Below, one piece after another: positions 1-11,324 of a DNA stretch of 51,689 bases. Both the position numbers and the translations under genes were made by a program. This stretch comes from Chiloscyllium plagiosum (taxonomy: Eukaryota): contig NC_057718.1 in the NCBI RefSeq assembly GCF_004010195.1, forward strand, positions 4,907,291 to 4,958,979. Direction: 5' to 3'. The notes below the pieces were generated by a model. The model made no database searches. It was not told the origin of the DNA and worked only from the letters and a program-made list of their open reading frames with translations. Each line of letters opens with the position of its first letter. The first letter of the stretch is position 1.

Positions 1-12
1 CTGCCTTTATTC

Positions 13-40
13 CTGATGAAGGGCTTTTGCCCGAAACGTC
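13..40 (+). ncRNA. Minimal type I hammerhead ribozyme core (PLE family 1), intact
   Basis: CTGATGA-A-GGGC-tttt-GCCC-GAAACGTC: conserved boxes, 4-bp helix II, palindromic ACGT, GUC triplet. Confidence 0.75.
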
Positions 41-459
41 GATTTTGCCTGTCCTCGGATGCTGCCTGAATTGCTGTGCTCTTCCAGCACCACTAATCCA
101 GAATCTGGTTTCCAGCATCTGCAGTCATTGTTTTTACCTCTGAGAAACCCAGCAGGTCTGACAACATCTGTGGAGGGGAACACTCTGCTTTCTCTCTAGA
201 GATACTGCCAGACAAGCTGAGTTTCTCCAGCAATTTTTGTGTTTGTTTCAGATTTCCAGCATCTTTTGTTTTATTTTAGTGCTCTGAAGATCAATGTTTG
301 GAAAAAATATTGTAGATTTTTAAGACTTTAAAGATCTGAAACGTTTTTGAAGAAATATCATTGTTGAGTATGTGGCAGGTCTCAATATTGTGAAAAGTGA
401 ATGGAATATTCATACATGGGATGTAGCAGTCACGAGCTGGGCCCAGCATTTATTGCCGG

Positions 460-810
460 TTGCTATGGTTGTGGGTATGTTCGCTGAGCTGGGAAGTTGA
501 TTTGCAGATGTTTTGTCCCCTGTCTCGGTGACACTTTCAGGGCTTTGGAGTCTCCTGTATTGTGCTGAACGGTGTCTTCTGGAATTTATTTGGTTCCATT
601 CCTGCTGTTTCCAGGGTTTGCTGGCTCTTGGTGTTCATTGTAGTGAGTGATATATTGGGTCTAGGTCAATGCTGTTGACAGAGTCTGTGGATGAGTGCCA
701 TGCGTCTAGAAATTCTCTGGCTGTCCTCTGTTTGGCTTGTCCTATTATCGTTGTGCTGTCCCAGTCAAATTTGTGATCCTTGTCATCGGTGTGTATGGCA
801 ACTAGAAACA
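460..810 (-). mobile_element. Penelope-like (Poseidon-type) 3' fragment with decayed hammerhead (507-540)
   Basis: Minus frame reads HKFDWDSTTIIGQAKQRTAREFLDAWHS...IDLDPIY, typical of a PLE GIY-YIG C-terminus. Confidence 0.7.
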
Positions 811-814
811 GGTT

Positions 815-1860
815 CTTGCCTGTCCCAGTTGCCCCTTGAGAAGGAGGGGGTGAGCTGCCTTCTTGAACTGCTGCAGTCCACCTGCTGTGGATTCATCCAC
901 AATGCCCTTCGGGAGAGAATTCCAGGATTTTGACCCAATAACACTGAAGGAATGGTGAGTGACTTGGAGGGGGACTTGTTCCCATGTGTCTGCTGCCCTT
1001 GTCCTTCTCGATGGTAATGATGATGGAGTTGCTGTCCAAGGTACTGGTGGATTGATACAGTGCAATGTAGATGTTGTACACAGCTGCTACAGTGTGTCGG
1101 TGTTGGAGGGAGTGAAGGTGGTGGATTTAGTGTCAATCAAGTGAGTTGCTTTGTCCTTAATAGTTTGTAGCTTCTTGCTGGAAGTATACTCACCCAGGCA
1201 AGTGGGAATAATCCATCACACTTCTGAGGTATTCTATTTAGATGACAGACAGGCTTTGGGGAGTCAGGAGGTGGGTTATTTACAGTAAGATCACTAGCCT
1301 CTGACCTGCTCTGTAGCCACTGCATGTATGGTGAGACCAGTTCAGTTTCTGGTAAATAGTAAACCCAAGGATGTTGATAAGTGAGGGATTCAATGATGGC
1401 AATGCCACTAAATATCAAGGATATATTGTGACATTCGCTTTTGGTATGAGATGGTCATTGCCTGGCATTTGTGTGGCATGAATATTATTGGCCACCTCTT
1501 GGCCCAAGCCTGGGTATTGTCCAGACCTTGTTGCATTTGAACATGGACTGCTTCAGTATCTGAGGAGTTGCGAATGGTGCTGAACATTGTGCAATCATCA
1601 GAGAACATCCCCACTTCTGACCTTATGATGGACAGAATGTCATTGATGAAGCAGCTGAAGATGGTTGGGCCTTGGACACTACCCTGAGGAACTCCTGCAG
1701 AGATGTCCTGGAGCAGTGATGACTGACCTCCAACAACCATGACCATTTTCTGTTGTGCCACAAATGACTCTAACCAGTGGAGAGTTTACCCCCCTGATAC
1801 TCATTGGTTCCAGTTTTGCTAGGGCTCTTTGAGATTCAGTTAAATTCTATCTTGATGTGA
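815..1860 (-). mobile_element. CR1-type LINE RT/3' remnant
   Basis: AGVPQGSVQGPTIFSCFINDI...MFSDDCT. Confidence 0.8.
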
Positions 1861-2815
1861 AATCCTTCACTGAGATCGCAGAGTGGAAACCTAGCCTGCT
1901 ATTCCTGGATTCAATTTGAAAGTTAAAAGTGGTATTTAAAGTACACAAGACCTCTAATTACCTGTCCTTCACTTCTTTACAGGATGGGAAGAGATTGTAT
2001 TACCAATTGCAAAGTCTCTGAATTAAAGGCCGCAGCTTCTAGCAACTAGTGAGAGAAATGCGCAGGTTTAGTTCAGACATTGGGTATTAATTGGATAGAA
2101 AGACACACGCTTTGCCCTTTAAGCAGTCCCTTGGCTTCTGTTCAAGCCATTCACACCCACAAGCTATTCAGCTACCCAGAAGCCAATCAGATAATTGTTG
2201 TCTGGCTGATAACAATGCCACGAACCAATCAGCCACCTGTTACCAGCCAGGTCTCACAGGTGGGGCCCAAACTCCACTCCTTATGGTGCCCTATGAGTCA
2301 CAGCCTGTCAACACCAGAGTGTCCCATTCACTCCGACTGTCTTTTTTATTATTTATTGACCAATTCGCAATCCATTTCAGTTGCTCCTCCAATCCCACCC
2401 TGCTCCAACCTTCTGTATGGAACCTTATCAAATGGCTTCTCAAAATTAAAATGAATGACATCCACTAATGACCACAGTAGATGCTTGTCACATGAGATGG
2501 TGTTTCACTAAGTCCCTGCTGATTCTGCCCAATCAGATCAGGAAGAAAGCAATTATCACATTCGAAATGACAGATTCCAGTTATTTCTCTGCGATGGACA
2601 TCAGGTTAACCCCTGTTCTTTCCTCATTCTCTCTCTCCCTCCTTTCTAAAATGCAGGTGTTACATTTGTAAGCCCCCAATCTACAAGACCCATTCCAGAA
2701 TCCATGGAATTTTACAAAACAATTACCAATGTATCCACAATCTCACCAAGACAAACATTAATTTCCCTCAATGCCCCCATTCTGCCTAACGTTTGTTTTT
2801 CTGCTATTTTATAGA

Positions 2816-3452
2816 CTCACAGAGTTACACAGCCCAGGAGCAGCCCCTTTGTCTGTGTCCACCAGACATTCCAATCTAACCTAATCTCATTTGCAGCATT
2901 TACCCCATATCCCTCCAAACCCCTCCTATTCATATACCCATCCCGATGCCTTAAATATTGCAATTGTACCAGCCCCCACCACATCCTCTGGCAGCTTATT
3001 CCATACACGCACCACCCTCTGTGTGAAAAGGTTGCCCCTTAGGTCCCTTTTAAATCATTCCCCTCTCACCCTAAACCTATGATCCTCTAATTTTAAACTC
3101 CTCTGCCATGCGAAAAACACTTTGGCTATTTATCCTATCCATGTCCCTCATGATTTTAGTCAGATGAATTGGCCATGCTAAATTGCCCATAGTGTTAGGT
3201 GCATTAGTCAGAGAGAAATGGGTCTGGGTGGGTTACTCTTTGGAGGGTCAGTGTGGACTGGTTGGGCTGAAAGGCTGTTTCCACACTGTAGGGAATCGAA
3301 TCTAATCTAATCTAATAAGGTCACCCCTCAGCCTCCAACGCTCCAGGGAAAACAGCCCCAGTCTATTCAGCATCTCCCTAGAGCCCAAACCCTCCAACCC
3401 TGTCAACATCCTTGTAAATCTTTTCTGAACCCTTTCAAGTTTCACAACATCC
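2816..3452 (-). mobile_element. CR1/HER1 LINE 3' end with a SINE tail inserted (~3158-3315)
   Basis: Similar to other CR1 3' ends here (e.g. 8125-8490, 11557-11885, 30255-30680, 51210-51466). Confidence 0.75.
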
Positions 3453-4179
3453 ATTTAGGGGAGGTTTTGTCTTGTACCTTCCTCCTTGAAGACAGACATG
3501 AGATATTGACTGAGTTTCTCTGTCATTTCCTTATTCCCAATGATAAATTCTCTTGCCTCTGTCTGTATGATGGTATTCACCCGGCGTTTCCCTGAACCCT
3601 GAATGCCCAGGGTAGTATTCTGGAATATTCTGCTTCACAAACGTTGACACGGCATGTAAGATGACTCTATGCCAAGAAGTGTGTATCATTGATGAGTCAG
3701 ACTTGTGAAGTCAACAGTGCTCGGAGAGAGAAATAGAACCTCAAACTAATCTTGGCCTTAATCCATGCCCAGGACAGAGTTGGCACTATGTGATTGATAA
3801 ATCACTCATCCCTGTTCTCAACCCTCTGCTCCTTTTCTAACCTCCTCACAGAGGGATGAGCATTGTCTTTTTTCCAAACGGCTGAGGATTGCTGACCTGA
3901 GGCCATGTGAATTATATAATGCATCATCACACCTCCAGCATTCCGTTCGGACCATCTGCACTCCACAGGATGCTGTCCTAACCTCTCCTCCCTGCTCCCT
4001 CAAACACACCTCACATCCGGGGAGGTGACATCATCAACTAGCTGAACACTCACTGCTCTTCCATTGGTCACTGCAGACTCAACATTGCTGTGGGCCTGGA
4101 GTTACATACAGACCAAGGCTGGGGAAGGAGGCTGGGTTTCATTCCCTAAAGGACACTTGTGAAGGAACTAACTTTCGTG

Positions 4180-4510
4180 AGGCAGCACGACGGCTCGGTG
4201 GTTAGCACTGGTGCCTCACAGCACCAGGGACCCGGGTTCGATACCAGCCTCAGGCAACTGTCTGTGTGGAGTTTGCACATCCTCCCCATGTGTGCTCAGG
4301 TTTTCTCCAGGTGCTCTGGTTTCCTCCCACAGTCCAAAGGTGTGCATGTTAGGGTGGGTTTCCAATGGGAAATTATCCCGTATTGTCCAGGGATGTGCAG
4401 GCTAGGTATCTGCAAATGGGGAATTGTGGGGTTACAGGGATGGGGTGGGATGCTCTTCAGAGGGTCAGTGTGGACTTGATGGGCCAAATGGTCTGCTTCC
4501 ATACTGTAGA
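4180..4510 (+). mobile_element. HE1-type V-SINE (tRNA head, V core, HER1 tail). Other copies ~9790-10040+, 12663-12965+, 14085-14385+, 19330-19640-, 23805-24125-, 33382-33720-, 35322-35545+, 51467-51689+
   Basis: A/B boxes (tggttagcactg...gggttcgat) and core tgtgtggagtttgcacattctccc...ggtttcctcccacagtccaaag. Confidence 0.85.
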
Positions 4511-5779
4511 GATTATAATACAACAAAGTCATAAGGTCATGGACACATTTCCAGCTTTGTAAACCTCTAATTCCCAATCTGCCAGAGTGGATCAAAAACC
4601 TGAAATATAGACCCAGCCACAGAATGGCTGCCAGACTGGAACTTGGTCAGAATAACAGGGACAAACACAAAGGTCAAAATGACCCTGAAGCAATCTCCAT
4701 GAAGATTGGCTGAGTCAATACTCACCACTCACTCGAATTGGAAGTCAATATATTGCTTTCAGAATATGTCGGGATCACATCATCATCCGTGGTCAGGCAG
4801 GACTGAGCTGACAGGATCTTTAATGTGAAGGGGATAAGGATGAGGATACAGAAGCTCAGAGGGCGAAAGTGAGGACTGCAGATGCTAGAGATCAGACCCA
4901 AGACGAAGGGCTTATGCCTGAAATCTGCTCCTCAGATGCTGCCTGACCTGCTGTGCTTTCCCAGCCCCACTCTCCTGGCTAGAGGAGTTCAGAGCCTGCT
5001 CCATTATTCAAAGATGTACAGCTTAGGTGGATTGGCCATGGGTTACAGAGATAGGGTGGGGGGCTGGGGCTGGTGGGATGCTCTTCGGAAGGTTGGTGTG
5101 GATTCGATGCGCCGAATGGCCTCTTTAGGCATGGTGGGGCATCTATAATTCAATATGATCACACTTGATCTCATCTTGGTCCCAACCCCTTTCCTGCTCA
5201 CTCTCCATAACTCTTCAACCTATTACTAATTAAAAATCTAGGTCTCCTTTTTAAATTTACTCAACGTCCCCACACCCACCTCACTCTGAGGTAGTGAATT
5301 CCACAGATACACAGTGCTTTGGGAAAAGGACATTTTTCCTCATCTCTGTTTTTAATCTGCTCCACCGTTTCCTAAAACTCCGCTGGATAGCCCCACAAGG
5401 AGAAACATCCTCTCCATGTCCATTTTGTCAATCCCCTTTAGCATTTTCTATTCCTCAATTAGATCTCCTCTCATTCTGCTCATCTTTAGCGAGTATTACA
5501 GCGGGTACAGGCCTAAACTGCTCACACTCTCCTCAAAAGACAAGCCTTTCATCTCTGGAACCAATCTAGTGAACCTCGAAAGGGGCTGGTGCTCCACAAA
5601 TGATTGATTGGAGGATCCTGTGTGGCAGACTCTAATAGGAAGAGCAGATGCTCCTCCAGCTGCTCATTAACAATACATTAGCTTTTCTTAAACATTCAGA
5701 CTTGGACTGGGAAAGCACCTTCGACAGCCTGAGGGCGACAAATGTCGGGGGTGAAGTGTAGGCTATTGTTGTGACTTTG

Positions 5780-6080
5780 GAAACGCAACAGCCAATTTAC
5801 ACACAGCAAGATCCCACAATCAGCCCTGTAATTATGAGCAGGTAATCTGTCTTTGTCCCAAGACTGGTTGAGGAGTAAATATTGACCAGGAGACCCGGAC
5901 AGCCTCTGCTCCTTTCCGAATTTTTCACAGGAGCTTTTACAAACCCCCTCCCAGGGCAGATAGGGGATTTGGTTTCATAGTTCCTCTGAAAGACACTTCT
6001 CTGATAGTGCAGCATGCCCTCAGTACTGTGTCAGGATTGTCATCTGGATTGTGGACCTGGAATCTCAGGAATGAGACTCA
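5780..6080 (-). mobile_element. Deu-domain SINE remnant. Others at ~14440-14600 and 21225-21540
   Basis: cagccaatttacacacagcaagatcccaca...gatagtgcagcatgccctcagtactg pattern recognised from memory. Confidence 0.55.
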
Positions 6081-6954
6081 GAAACACAATCTTCAGACAC
6101 AATCTTACTGTCCTAGTCGCTCACTGGCCCTCCGAAACATCTCCAGATCTCAACCCCAATGGTTAATGAACCAGACTGTAAGGAGTAGGCTATTCGGCCC
6201 CTCAAGCTCTGTTCATTCATGACTAGGGTTCCACCTGCCCGTACTCTCACCATGCTTCCCCTCCACCCCCGTCCCCTGTTGGTTTAGAGAAGATACCAAA
6301 TCCATTCTCTGCCTGCTACCAGGAGGCCTCCTCCAGCTTGCCGGCTGCACAGTAAGATCCCAGCAGTACACCCAAGTGTGCACCAAGTGGTGGATAATTA
6401 ACCAGCCTTCAGGCTTGGCAGGCTAGTTGATGCCAGGTTCACCCATCTCCTGGCGAGTTGACTCTGAGGCAGCACTACGTCGGTGGGGCCTGGCCTTTCT
6501 GCAAATGTTCCCCACCCTTGGGCATGGCTGGCAAGATTTTGCCAGGCTGCCCAGAGTAACAATGCTGCCAACTCAGCCAAACCCAGCACCACTGATCATT
6601 CTGCCCACAGTATAGCCACTGCGCCATCTCAACAATGCCCTTTCATTGGACGGATCCTTCCGTTACCTAGCAGTCAGACCCAGACCAATACCAGGATCTG
6701 GATAGACCGCTCATGGACACCCCACCCCCAGTGATCTCAGACTCCACTGAGACCCACCCTGCCATATCCCAGTCTGTATAACAATGTCACTCAGCGTAGC
6801 ACAGACCTAGGCTTCTGGTTATTAATCAAGTCCCTGACCCTGTTGGGTTGCTGCAGGATTGTTGTGTGTGAAATGATGGTGACTGACTCCTGCCCTTTAT
6901 GCTTTGATTCCAGCCTCTGCCTCACCAGTTTGCATGTGATCCTAGGGAGGTGAT

Positions 6955-7280
6955 GCCCTAGTGGGATTATCACTGTATGGTTAATCCACAGACCCAGGGA
7001 ATGGGCGGGAATGTGGGTTTGAATCCCACTCTGGCAGTGGAATTTGAATTCTATAAATATCTGGAAGTTTGAAACTAAAGATGACCATGAAATCAGGAGC
7101 TATCTGGTTCACTAATGTCCTTTAGGGAAGGAAACTGCCATTCTTACCTGGTCTAGACCTACAAGTGACTCCAGACCCACAGCAATGTGGTTGCCTCTTA
7201 TCTGCCTTCTAGGTAATTAAGGATGGGCAATAAATGCTGGCCTAGCCAGTGACTCTCTCATGCTGTGAATGAGTGAAAAA
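6955..7280 (+). mobile_element. tRNA-derived SINE with CR1-type tail (second family). Other copies ~10395-10875, 22500-22830, 42515-42810
   Basis: gggttcaaatccc B box, shared ctggttcactaatgtcctttagggaagg body, gggcaataaatgctggcc tail. Confidence 0.75.
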
Positions 7281-10200
7281 TAAGTACAATTTGCTGAAGT
7301 GAATTGTGATTGAATTGCTGGAGAAAATGGGGCCAATCATATCTCCAGAAAGTGCTGGTCTAGTTGGCAATGATCTTGGTGGCAGCAGCCTCCACCAATG
7401 CTCCCAAGTGACCATTTTCACGTGTGGGTCGAGACAGTGGGCTATTCAACACCAGGAGCTATCATAGCTGAAGCAGATTCTGTCCTTGGCTTTCAGCTTA
7501 ACTGATAGGGGTCATTCGGTCCTGAGCTGGATTCTACCCTGTCCTGGCCGTATCCCAAACTAGACACCCCTAACATGCTAGACTCTGGCACTCAGGCCTG
7601 CGTCTCTCAGTTCAACAATAGGACAGGTTGGGGTGGGGGTTGGGGTACATAACCTGCCTTTCAAAAGTGTTCTTCTACCGATTTGTAGAGTTTAGTCCAT
7701 ACACAACTGAAACCCTGACCTTGTTACCTCTCGACAGTCCCACCTCTTGGCTGATAATTCACTCTCTGAAAGTTTGGATTATCTCAAACCCAGCTGCCTG
7801 TGCCTTCACTCTCGCCAAGTCAAGTGGATTGATCTACACAAGCAACACATCTGTTTTCAAAGTGCTCAAATCCCTCCACAGCTTCCCCACTACCTCCATA
7901 ACCTCCTTCAGATGCACAACCACCAAAAATAACTAAACTCCTCCAATTCTAAAATAAAACAAAGATCTGTGAATGTTGGAAATCTGATCCAAAAACAGCA
8001 ATTACTGGAGGATCTCACCAGGTCTGACAGCATCTGTGGGAAGGAAGCAGAGTTCAGTGACCCTTCTTCAGATCTGGTTTCAAAACATTAATTCTGTTTT
8101 CTCTCCACAAATACTGCCAGACCATAGGGACCATAGAGCTGTATAACAAAGAATCAGACCCTTCAGTCCAACTCGTCCATACTGGCCAGATATCCTAAAT
8201 TAATCTAGTCCCATTTGCCAGCATTTGGCCCACATCCCTCTAATTCCTTCCCATTCATCCACCCATCCAGATGCCTTTTAAATGTTGTAATTGTACCAGT
8301 CTCTACCACTTCCTCTGGCAGCTCATTCCACACATGTACCACCCTCTGTGTGAAAATGTTGCCCTTTAGGCCCCTGTTAAAGCTTTCCCCTCTCCCCTTA
8401 AACCTATGCCCTCTAATTCACCTTCCTACCCTGGGATAAAGACTTTGGCTATTCATCCTATCCATACCCCTTATGATTTTATAAACCTTGAATATGTCTG
8501 CTCTCACAACAGTTCCGCTCAGAGCCAAGAACAGAATCTGTTTCAACTACGATGGCTCCTGGAGTGGAATAGTCCATTGTCCCCCCCTCAGCCTCGTCCA
8601 ATTGCAGCCTCCTTCGTTGTCTGATTTTAATTCCTCAACCATTGGTGACCACGCCTTCTTCACTAGTCCTGACCCCAAACCTTGGAATTCCTTCCCTGTC
8701 ACTCTCCCCGCCCCCTACCTCCCTCCTTTAAAACCATCCTTAATCCTCATTTGTTCATCTGGGTTAATATTCCCTCACACATTTTATAATTCTCTGGTGA
8801 AGCACTTTTTCTATTGTGTTAAAAGGAGCTATATAAATACGAATTGTTGTTGAGAACAGTAATTAAAGGGCAAACACTGACCATTATCAGAACAAGGATA
8901 TACCCAGATTGCAGTTGTGAAGATCAGCCAGGACTATAAATTGGGAGATTACTGTGCAATGTAGTATCTCATATTTGCAACCTTCTAGAATAATGCCAAT
9001 CTCAATCACTTCTAACCAAACCATTAAACATCCAAGAAAGCTACCAAATAACTACACCAAAATAATAAAATATTTGTATTTACCTGTTTAAATATGTTAA
9101 TTTAATTTGACCCAAGCCAAATCTCCATGAGTATTTGTATAACTTACAACACCCAACTCCTCCCTGCCTCATCACATCTCCTGCTGAAACCTACATTTAA
9201 TCTTTTCCAGTGATTATTATTCCAATGTTCACCTGGATGGATGCCCATCTTTCATCTGGAACACCACTAACAGTAACAAAATCAGAAATTGCAGGAAAAG
9301 CTCACCAGGTCTGGCAGTGTCTGTGGAGAGAAATCAGAGTTAACGTTTTGGGTCCGGTGACCCTTCCTCAGAACTGCAGAGCTTTCAGTTTTTTATTCAC
9401 TGCTGTCGGTATCCGAACCTGCTCCAAGTCCCATTCACCATCGCCTCCAGTCACTCCCCAGTCTGGCTCAGCTCACTGTTAGATCCCTATCCTTGTTAGA
9501 TCCCTATCCTTGGTTCCAAATTCCTTCATGACCTTTTCCTGCCCGATCTCCGTAATCCCCTTCAGTCCACGACCCCCTGAGATCTCTGCACCCCTCTTTA
9601 CGCTGGCTTCCTGTGTAGATCTGACTTCCATCACTCCTGCCTGAGCAAGAGATGTCGGAAAACCCCCCTCTCCCAACTCTTCACTTCACCTTTTGGTCGA
9701 TGATGCTCATATCTCATTTTATAACTCAGTGTCAACCCTTGACTGATTGTGCTTGGGACATTGGGACATTGACTACAAGTGCTATATGAGGGGCTCAGTG
9801 ATTAGCACTGCTGCCTCATGGCGCCAGGGACTGGCCTTGGGTGACTGTGGGGAGTTTGCAGATTCTCCCCGTGTCTGCGTGGGTTTCCTCCAGTTACTCC
9901 CACAGTCCAGGGATGTGCAGGCTACATGGGTTAGCCAGGGAAAATGTAGGGATTGGATGGACAGTGTGATGCTCTTCAGAAGGTTGGTGCACACTTGATG
10001 GGCTGAATGGCCTCCTCCTGCATTGTAATGATTCTATGATATTTATGTAAACAGTTGTTGAAACAGCAAATATTGGGGTGAAAATTAAACTTGGATGCTT
10101 TAGCATAAAACAATCTGACATATATCAAACTGGGAATGGGATTGGACATTGCAATAGGCCTATCATAGCCTGCCAATGTACTCCCACGCATCTCAAACCA

Positions 10201-11183
10201 CTGCCCAAGATGAAATCCCACTCTCTCTTACCTCTGAACTCACCCATGGTTAAGCACACCGGCAATCCAATGAGTCTTTCACTAGCTTGTATCAGACCCA
10301 GGTTGACTGTCTATGATCTAAGGCAGGAGACCTCCCATCAAGCTAAACAGCAATGTGACCACCAGGCAGATGGCTTTCAGCATCTTCAATGTGGGGTGGC
10401 AATGGCCGAGTGGAAATGATGCTGGACTATTAATCCAAAAGCTCAGGCAATGTTCTGGGAACCTGGGTTCAAATCCCACCATGGTAGATGTTAGAATTTG
10501 AATTCAATAAAGAATCTGGAATTAAGGGTCGAAAGTTGACCATGAGACCATTTCTGATTGTTGGTAAAACCCATCTGGTTCACTAATGTCCTTTAGGGAA
10601 GGAAACTGATACCCTTACCTGGTCGAGAAGAGAGTGGGGACTGGAGATCAGAGTCAAGAAGGTGGTGCTGGAAAAGCACAGCAAGTCAGGCAGCATCCGA
10701 GGAGCAGGAGAATTGATGTTTCGGGTATAAGCCCTTCATCAGACTCTTCCTGGTCTGGTCTACATGTGACTCCACACCTATAGTAATGGAGTTGACTCTT
10801 AACTGCCCTGTGGACCATTAGGGATGGGGCAATAAGTTGCTGACCTGGAGAGTGACAACCGTATCCATGAATGAAAAGGAAACTGGCACCAAGTACAAAC
10901 CGCATCCACAGTTCCTGAGAGAAGTGTTGTCTTTCACAGACTCCCAAATAAGTACAAGGACAGAGAGATAAAAAAAATTAACTGGACATCAGTCCTGACA
11001 ACACACCAACAAAATCACTTGCCGCATCAGCTGAATCCGAAACATTTCTCAGGAACTGAAATTTCTCATTTCCAAAGTACAAAGTTAAACAAACAAGTGA
11101 GAAAGTGCTGTGTGCCGCTTGCTGAGACACAGCCTGACAGTTCAGAAACTCTTGAATACTGTCACCCAGCACTGCTCAGCTCA

Positions 11184-11324
11184 TCAGGCGGCCTCACTGA
11201 GTTTCAGACTCCAGGCCCATTGACACGGCAGTTGGTTGATGTTGACTCTGGGTAGTAGCACCAGCAGACCCTGCTCTCCAAACTTCTCCCACTGCAGACG
11301 CTCGGGGTATCCAATGAGGGTTAC
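11184..11324 (-). CDS. FUCA2: FUCA2 exon 7 coding part ([46 protein letters not shown])
   Basis: Read by hand. Acceptor ataag|, 141 nt, ends in TGA followed by a second TGA; PCQWAW matches the PCxWxW C-terminal motif. Confidence 0.93.
   Translation of the reverse strand, partial: VTLIGYPERLQWEKFGEQGLLVLLPRVNINQLPCQWAWSLKLSEAA

Noticed and set aside
4180..4255. tRNA genes at SINE heads (also 12663, 13625-13696, 51467)
   Set aside because: A/B boxes continue directly into SINE bodies; no complete cloverleaf or terminator.
8488..8600. RICFNYDGSWSGIVHC resembles the end of a sushi/CCP domain
   Set aside because: Only ~16 residues, sandwiched between CR1 and L2 remnants, with no first half of the domain or clear donor.
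1..11000. PEX3 terminal exons expected by synteny
   Set aside because: No sequence resembling the PEX3 C-terminus was found by eye.
11181..11186. TGA-TGA as selenocysteine or readthrough
   Set aside because: It falls at the normal FUCA2 C-terminus; no SECIS recognised.
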